DNA of 64,000 nt from Octopus vulgaris (Eukaryota), in assembly GCA_951406725.2 (NCBI GenBank), contig OX597839.1, positions 21,514,001 to 21,578,000 of the forward strand, in the 5' to 3' direction. The first letter of the stretch is position 1, and every line of letters begins with the position of its first letter. This document shows positions 56,092 to 64,000 of the stretch, one piece after another. The translations under genes were made by a program, and so were the position numbers. The notes beneath the pieces were generated by a model. The model searched no databases, was not told the DNA's origin, and saw nothing but the letters and a program-made list of their open reading frames with translations.

Positions 56092-56214
56092 TAATAATAA
56101 CAATAATAACAATAATAATAATAATAATAATATTCCTTTCTAACATAGACACAAGACCTGACATTTTTGGGGAGGGGCCAATTGTTTACATCAACCCCAG
56201 TGTTTCACTGGTAC

Positions 56215-56247
<33 letters not shown>

Positions 56248-56728
56248 TTAATATTATTGTTAAATTCCAAGTTGAAATTTCGTCGAGGTCAACTCTGCCT
56301 TTCATCCTTTCAGGATCGATTAAATAGGTACCAGTTACGCACTGAGGTCGATGTAAGCAACTTAATCTCTTTCCCCAAGTTTGAGGCCTTGTGCTTCCAG
56401 TAGGAAGGATTATTATTATTATTATTATTATTATTTAGAACATAAATAGTACATGTATACAGCAATAAAACAAGCAATTATTTACAGTGAAAGCATAATT
56501 AGCAACAACCAGATAATTAGTGGTATATTATACCAATATACCAGTTATTATCCACAGTTAGAATATTATTAGCAAAGTCCTTATACCGATATACCAGTCA
56601 TTACCTACGGCTGAAACAGTATTAGCAGCGACCATTTGTATTGTTAGTTTTATTTAGCAGGGTTACAAAGGCATTTTTTAAGGATGAAAGTCATCCAAGG
56701 GAGACATTTGTGTCCCCGCATTTCTTAC

Positions 56729-56788
56729 CATGACGACGGCGCCTTGGTCGTTCAACACTGCTGCCAAATTTAGATGCAATTAACCTAA
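56729..56788 (-). CDS. Candidate coding exon (basic, 20 codons)
   Basis: Acceptor ttctgctcgttatAG, donor CATG|gtaaga; 60 nt, phase 1-1; (V)RLIASKFGSSVERPRRRRH, frame-compatible with neighbours. Confidence 0.55.
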
Positions 56789-57010
56789 CTATAACGAGCA
56801 GAAACAGATATGATTACAATAATTAATAAACAGCAAATCAAGAATATAAATTGATGAGTTGGGTTTCCCCAAATACATTGATATAGAGACACGGAGACAC
56901 ACAGACAAAACGACACAGTCACACACACACACACACAAATATAAAACACACCACTAGACACACACACACACACAGAAATGAACGAATGTACATCTTCATA
57001 TTCACATATA

Positions 57011-57058
<48 letters not shown>

Positions 57059-57071
57059 CATACATATACAA

Positions 57072-57107
<36 letters not shown>

Positions 57108-57558
57108 CTATACATACATATACATATATATATACATATATACATACATATATATATACATATATACATACATATATATATACATATATACATACATATA
57201 TATATACATATATACATACATATATATATACATATATACATACATATACCCCTTCCACAAATGCATCTACAAACGTAGACATATACACTCATTCCCTATA
57301 CACTCACATATACAAACATCCGTATACACCAAACACAGTATTTATGCATGGGTACACATATACACCCTTCCTTGTACCCACATGCTGCACAGGATCACAA
57401 ATACACTCCTACATACTCACACAGCCATGCCTGCAGTCATATGCACACACACACACACACACACAAAAGGCATTGAAAGTCAGTGAAAAACTGTTTATCC
57501 CAGACTTGTCAGTGATAAACAGGAAAACAGCTTCGTAAATAACAGATGTTTTAGATGA

Positions 57559-57935
57559 GGTGGTGGTAGTGGTGGTGGCAGTGGTAATTTTGGTGGTGGT
57601 GGTGGTGGCAGTGGTAATTTTGGTGGTGGTGGTGGTGGCAGTGGTAATTTTGGTGGTGGTGGTGGTGGTGGTGGTAATTTTGGTGGTGGTGGTGGTGGCA
57701 GTGGTAATTTTGGTGGTGGTAGTGGTAATTTTGGTGGTGGTGGTGGCAGTGGTAATTATGTTGGTGGTAGTGGTGGTGGCAGTGGTAATTTTGGTGGTGG
57801 TGGTGGTGGTGGCAGTGGTAATTTTGGTGGTGGTGGTGGTGGTGGCAGTGGTAATTTTGGTGGTGGTAGTGGTGGTGGTAGTGGTGGTGGTGGTGGTAGT
57901 GGTGGTGGTGGTGGTGGTGGTGGTGGTGGTGGTGG
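57559..57935. repeat. (GGT)n-derived ~30-bp minisatellite GGCAGTGGTAATTTT(GGT)n
   Basis: Direct inspection. Confidence 0.9.
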
Positions 57936-59097
57936 ATGGTGTGGTTTGTTACATGATGTGGTGGTAGGATTGCTTAACCCCAGGTCAGCCCTGGTCAACA
58001 GGACCCAAGATCAACACATCCCAACAATGACCACCTCATTTGTATTGTGTTTGCAGGCCTACAGGCTCAAACTTGCCCTTCCAGTTTTTAAGACCACAGA
58101 GTATAACATGAGGGTTATTTGGCTACAGCTTCTAGCAGTTCAACTGATTCAGTAGAGGTATCCTCATCAACACATATAGTGTGGACTGTTGTTGTGTAGC
58201 CCAAGGTCAGTCCTGATTAAGTAGAACTATGATCAAGTGGGGTGGGGGAGTCGATTCTACTCTCCCTCCCTCCACCCCCATCTCTGTAATTCAAACATTT
58301 GTCCTCCTCATCACACTAATTCTAGCTGAGAATTACATTAAACGTACGTGCTGTGGGCACGTAACAAACACCATCCGATCGTGGCCGTTCGCCAGCCTCG
58401 TCTGGCACCTGTGTCGGTGGCACATAAAAAACACCATCCGAGCGTGGCCGTTCGTCAGCCTCGTCTGGCACCTGTGTCGGTGGCACATAAAATCACCCAC
58501 TACACTCTCGGAGTGGTTGGTGTTAGGAAGGGCATCCAGCAGTAGAAACACTGCCAGATCTGACTGGCCTGGTGCAGCCTTCGGGCTCCCCAGACCCCAG
58601 TTGAACCGTCCAACCCATGCTAGCATGGAAAGCGGACGTTAAACGATGATGATGATGATGATGTACAAAAAGCTTGCTGACCAATCATATCGTTTTGGAT
58701 TCAGTGCCACAGTGTAGCATCTTGGGCATGAGTCTTCTACCACAGCCCTGAGCCAACCAAAGCCTTGTCAGTGGATTTGGTAGACGGAAACTGAAAGAAG
58801 CCCATCGTATGTATGTGTCTGTGTTAGTCCTCCACCACCACATGACAACTGATGTTGGTGTGTTTACGTCCCTGTAACTTAGTGCTTTTACAAAAGAGAC
58901 TGAAAGTAGAAGGACCAGTCTCCAAAGATATATATTAAAATTCTTCGAGATGGTGCCCCAGCTGCAGTCTAGTAACTGAAATAAGTCTGTGGTGTACTCA
59001 ACCGCTTGCACATTAACTTCATGAGTGTTAATTTAGCTGATCAAACATCTCAATGTTAATCACCATGACTGTCACGTTCGTCAGACAGTTTTTGTTA

Positions 59098-59138
<41 letters not shown>

Positions 59139-59711
59139 CATAGGAGTGCCTGTGTGGTAAGTAGCTTGCTAACTAACCACATGGTTCCAGGTTCAGTCCC
59201 ACTGTGTGGCATCTTGGGCAAGTGTCTTCTGCTATAGCCCCGGGCCGACCAATGCCTTGTGAGTGGATTTGGTAGACGGAAACTGAAAGAAGCCTGTTGT
59301 ATATATGTACCACCAGATATGAACTTGCTTAAGACAAGATTTAAAAGAAGTTTGGCAGCTATTTCTAGCAGATTGAACGACCACATAGAGGCTCACACGA
59401 TACCTTGTTCAGATAGGGTGGCGGGGGGAGCAGCCTTTCATATAAGATGGCATTGTGTATTATTTTTGTAAGAACATTATGTCACATACGAAAGCAATAA
59501 ATAGTTGGAATGACATTTTGGAGAGCAGTGACTGGTTATAAACCAGAGATATTGTCCTCAAGCAGCACTTGAGATGTAAGACACAGTCACCAATATATTT
59601 GTATGTGGGAGACACACCTATTTACACTGCCTTGTTTAAAGTGTTCAAACACTTACTACAAAGAAGCTGGTTTCTAGCCCAGAATCTAAACAACAACGGC
59701 ATCAGTGAACT

Positions 59712-60412
59712 TACTCTCTTTACTTGTTTCAGTCATTTGACTGCGGCCATGCTGGAGCACTGCCTTTAGTCGAGCTAATCGACCCCGGGACTTATTCTTT
59801 TGTAAGCCCAGTACTTATTCTATCTGTCTCTTTTGCCGAACCGCTAAGTTACGGGGACGTAAACACACCAGCATCGGTTGTCAAGCAATGCTAGGGGGAC
59901 AAACACAGATACACAAACACACACAAACACACATATATATATATACATATATACGACAGGCTTCTGTCAGTTTCCGTCTACCAAATCCACTCACAAGGCA
60001 TTGGTTGGCCCGAGGCTATAGCAGAAGACACTTGCCCAAGATGCCACGCAGTGGGACTGAACCCGGAATCATGTGGTTGGTTAGCAAGCTACTTACCACA
60101 CAGCCACTCCTGCGCCTATCTTCAAACAATTCTTGCATATTTTTATTGTTCCACTTACAGCTGGTTCCTTTCTTTGCCAGAAAATCCCAGTAAAAGTCAC
60201 TTTGAGATTTACCAAACACAGGCACAAAGACACATGCGCATAAATAGACATGACAGGCTTCTTTCAGTTTCCGTCTACCAAATCCACTCACAAGGCTTTG
60301 GTCGGCCCAAGGCTATAGTAGAAGACACTTGCTCAAGGTGCCATGTAGGAATCATGTGGTTGGAATCATGTGGTTGGAAAGCAAACTTCTTACCACACAT
60401 GTATGCAGGCAA

Positions 60413-60443
<31 letters not shown>

Positions 60444-60832
60444 TTTTTTTTACTCTTTTACTTGTTTCAGTCATTTGACTGCGGCCATGCTGGAGCACCG
60501 CCTTTAGTCGAGCAAATCGACCCCAGGACTTATTCTTTGTAAGCCCAATACTTATTCTATCGGTCTCTTTTGCCAAACCGCTAAGTGACGGGGACGTAAA
60601 CACACTAGCATCGGTTGTCAAGACAGACACACAAACATATACACACACACATGTATACATATACATATATACGACAGGCTTCTTTCAGTTTCCGTCTACC
60701 AAATCCACTCACAAGGCATTGGTTGGCCCGGGGCTATAGCAGAAGACACTTGCCCAAGATGCCACGCAGTGGGACTGAACCTGGAACCATGTGGTTAGTT
60801 AGCAAGCTACTTACCACACAGCCACTCCTGCG

Positions 60833-60835
<3 letters not shown>
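59712..60835 (-). mobile_element. Cluster of SINE family A copies (59712-60117, partial ~60250-60410, 60450-60835)
   Basis: Repeated family-A sequence; an opposite-orientation partial copy lies at 59137-59305. Confidence 0.85.
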
Positions 60836-60881
<46 letters not shown>

Positions 60882-60890
60882 TAACAAAAA

Positions 60891-60928
60891 CTGTCCGACG
60901 AACAGGAACGTGAAACTCAGAGTAACAG
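60891..60928 (+). ncRNA. Minimal hammerhead motif, CCGACGA core
   Basis: CUGU-CCGACGA-AC(AGGAAC)GU-GAA-ACUC-A-GAGU-A^ACAG; helix I CUGU/ACAG. Confidence 0.55.
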
Positions 60929-60946
60929 GTTTTGTTGAATTTCTGC

Positions 60947-61030
60947 TGCTTTTAAATAAAGCATATTACTCTACCCCTGGTATTTGAGTACTCTTTTTTC
61001 CACCTTGTTTCACATTTATGTGTTTACTCC

Positions 61031-61070
<40 letters not shown>

Positions 61071-61081
61071 CATACACCAAA

Positions 61082-61116
<35 letters not shown>

Positions 61117-61123
61117 CACCAAA

Positions 61124-61162
<39 letters not shown>

Positions 61163-61164
61163 AA

Positions 61165-61204
<40 letters not shown>

Positions 61205-61208
61205 CAAA

Positions 61209-61245
<37 letters not shown>

Positions 61246-61445
61246 CACCAAAGTACATATATATATATATATATACCGCTTGCCAAAGATGAAAGCGAAA
61301 GCTTCAAAAACCACCAATCCTACGATAAATACACACACAAGCAATGCAATGAACACTTTTATGCTTTTAAATAAAGCATATTACTCTACCCCTGGTATTT
61401 GAGTACTCTTTTTTCCACCTTGTTTCACATTTATGTGTTTACTCC

Positions 61446-61487
<42 letters not shown>

Positions 61488-61498
61488 CATACACCAAA

Positions 61499-61535
<37 letters not shown>

Positions 61536-61542
61536 CACCAAA

Positions 61543-61580
<38 letters not shown>

Positions 61581-61584
61581 CAAA

Positions 61585-61624
<40 letters not shown>

Positions 61625-61628
61625 CAAA

Positions 61629-61663
<35 letters not shown>

Positions 61664-61863
61664 CACCAAAGTACATATATATATATATATATACCGCTTG
61701 CCAAAGATGAAAGCGAAAGCTTCAAAAACCACCAATCCTACGATAAATACACACACAAGCAATGCAATGAACACTTTTATGCTTTTAAATAAAGCATATT
61801 ACTCTACCCCTGGTATTTGAGTACTCTTTTTTCCACCTTGTTTCACATTTATGTGTTTACTCC

Positions 61864-61865
<2 letters not shown>
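60947..61865. repeat. ~415-bp tandem repeat (2.2 units) with internal ACACCAAAGTAC(AT)n sub-repeats
   Basis: Units start at 60947, 61362 and 61780. Confidence 0.9.
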
Positions 61866-61924
<59 letters not shown>

Positions 61925-62038
61925 TCAATAATGGACTGTGGTGCTATTTCTATGTGGAATTATCGTCGGTGACTTTTACCGGTGGGTCTATTTCTAGCAC
62001 ATAGAGTTAACATACTCAAAGTTGGCTCTCTAATATTT

Positions 62039-62074
<36 letters not shown>

Positions 62075-62237
62075 TTATGCATGCAGGCACATCAAAGTTT
62101 GTGTATGTATATGAATGTCTATGTGTGTATATATGCGTTTAAGTGTGAATGTATGTGTGTCTAGGTATGATTGTGCGTTTATATGTACAACCTGTGTGAA
62201 GAAGCAAAACTGAGATTTACAAAATATAAAGGTGTAC

Positions 62238-62408
62238 CTTTGTTAGGTTCCTGAGGATTTTCTTGTCGTGGTCTTGGAGGAATGGTTGGTGGCAATTTCA
62301 ATATTTCTAGTCGTTCAACATAATACTTGCAGCGAGATTCAGCAGCATCGGACAGGTTTTCTTGAGCAAGAATTTCAGTGAAGAAGGATTCGATTCCAGG
62401 TAGCAGTT
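62238..62408 (-). CDS. Coding exon: N-terminal helical segment (SKAP/AFAP-like) plus PPTIPPRP motif
   Basis: Acceptor tttcatttctttcAG, donor AAAG|gtacac; 171 nt, phase 1-1; (E)LLPGIESFFTEILAQENLSDAAESRCKYYVERLEILKLPPTIPPRPRQENPQEPNK. Confidence 0.8.
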
Positions 62409-62499
62409 CTGAAAGAAATGAAAACATACACATACATATGTATTTATGTAATATAAAGATATAGGAGAAAGAGAAGATGGAACAGACAAGCCAAGACTA

Positions 62500-62915
62500 G
62501 AGAGAAAGAGGGGGACACAAGGAAGGGAAGAGGGGGACACAAGGAAGAGAGAGGGGGGACACAAGAAAGGACACAAGAAGAGGGGGACACAAGAAAAAGA
62601 GGGGGACACAAGGGAGAGGGAGACACAAGAAAGGGAGAGGAGACACAAGAAAGAGAAGAGGGGGACACAAGGAAGGGAAGAGGGGGACACAAGGAAGAGA
62701 AGAGGGGGACACAAGGAAGAGAAGAGGGGGACACAAGGAAGGGAGAGGGGGACACAAGGAAGAGAAGAGGGGACACAAGAAAGAGAAGAGGGACACAAGG
62801 AAGGGAAGAGGGGGGCACAAGGAAGAGAAGAGGAGGACACAAGAAAGGGAAGAGGAGGACACAAGGGAGAGAAGAGGGGGGCACAAGGAAGAGAAGAGGG
62901 GGACACAAGGAAGAG
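62500..62915. repeat. Purine-rich ~20-24-bp minisatellite AGAGGGGGACACAAGGAAGAGA
   Basis: About 19 diverged copies. Confidence 0.9.
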
Positions 62916-62993
62916 AATGTCATTGACATCACAGAATGTGTGATGAAGGAATGCTGACAAATAAACTAATAATAAAGTGAAGATTAAGTAAAT

Positions 62994-63040
<47 letters not shown>

Positions 63041-63489
63041 AATGGGGCAAACTGACCATCCCAGCACCCATTACACTCTTGAAGTGGTTTCTTGATGTTT
63101 CAACGTTGACTGAGACCTTTGGTGATATGTTGTGCTTGAGAAGACTTGTCAAGCGAAGTGAAATCATAGTGGTAGCCAGTGCTGGTGTCACAAAACTGGC
63201 ACATAAACCCACCCATGCCAGAGGCATGTGCAAAGCACCCATGACATTCGTGGAGTGGTTGGCATTAGGACGGGCATGCAGCTATAGAAACCATGCCAAC
63301 TAAGACTGGAACTTGGTGCAGCTCTCTGGCTTACCACTTCCAGTCAAACAGTCCAACCCATGCCAGCATGGAAAGCAGATACTAAATGATAATAATATAT
63401 AAATAGATAGACAGATAAATACTTCTCTGTGTCTCTATGAATCTGGATCTCAGTTGTCTGAGCCACAGAGGTTTTTTTTTTTCTTTTTT

Positions 63490-63873
63490 TTTTTACTTGT
63501 TTCAGTCATTTGACTGCGGCCATGCTGGAGCACCGCCTTTAGTCGACCAAATCGACCCCGGGATTTATTCTTTGTAAGCCCAGTACTTATTCTATCGGTT
63601 CTCTTTTTGCCGAACCGCTAAGTGACGGGGACGTAAACACACCAGCATCGGTTGTCAAGCAATGCTAGGGGAACAAACACAAACACACATACATATATAT
63701 ATATATATACGACAGGCTTCTTTCAGTTTCCGTCTACCAAATCCACTCACAAGGCATTGGTTGGCCCGGGGCTATAGCAGAAGACACTTGCCCAAGATGC
63801 CACGCAGTGGGACTGAACCCGGAACCATGTGGTTGGTTAGCAAGCTACTTACCACACAGCCACTCCTGCGCCT
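63490..63873 (-). mobile_element. SINE family A, full length
   Basis: Near-identical to other copies. Confidence 0.85.
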
Positions 63874-64000
63874 ATAATTTTGGATTTAAAATCTAAGGAA
63901 CTGAGTATTTCTCAGACACATGGACTCTTAAGGAAATTCTCAGATGGAATCAAAGTGTGTGATGTGTGTGTGTACATATGTAGGTTACTGTCCTGTTGAG

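Noticed and set aside
57560-57998. Poly-Val / poly-Pro ORFs
   Set aside because: (GGT)n-derived minisatellite with no splice signals linking it to the gene.

Overview
Eukaryotic, AT-rich, repeat-saturated DNA; the SINE families and microsatellite load are most consistent with an octopus (cephalopod) genome. Nearly the whole window is intronic to one minus-strand multi-exon gene. I could chain 9-11 coding exons (62408 down to 1662) by GT-AG sites and matching phases. They encode an AFAP1/SKAP-like adaptor: N-terminal helical segment, several PxLPPR SH3-ligand motifs, acidic Tyr motifs and a PH domain. Both gene ends lie outside the window. The introns hold at least four SINE/non-autonomous retroposon families, decayed mariner and Tc1/maT transposons, piggyBac- and Tc1-type MITEs, CR1/Tx1/RTE LINE fragments and long microsatellites. 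The most notable signal is a set of (TA)n-embedded, often fold-back, Penelope-like remnants from several unrelated families. Most carry a minimal type I hammerhead-ribozyme motif with a palindromic helix III, and five of these motifs share a CCGANGA (U4C) core. All calls were made by eye; no database search or folding program was run. Most ORFs in the supplied track are microsatellite or SINE artefacts.
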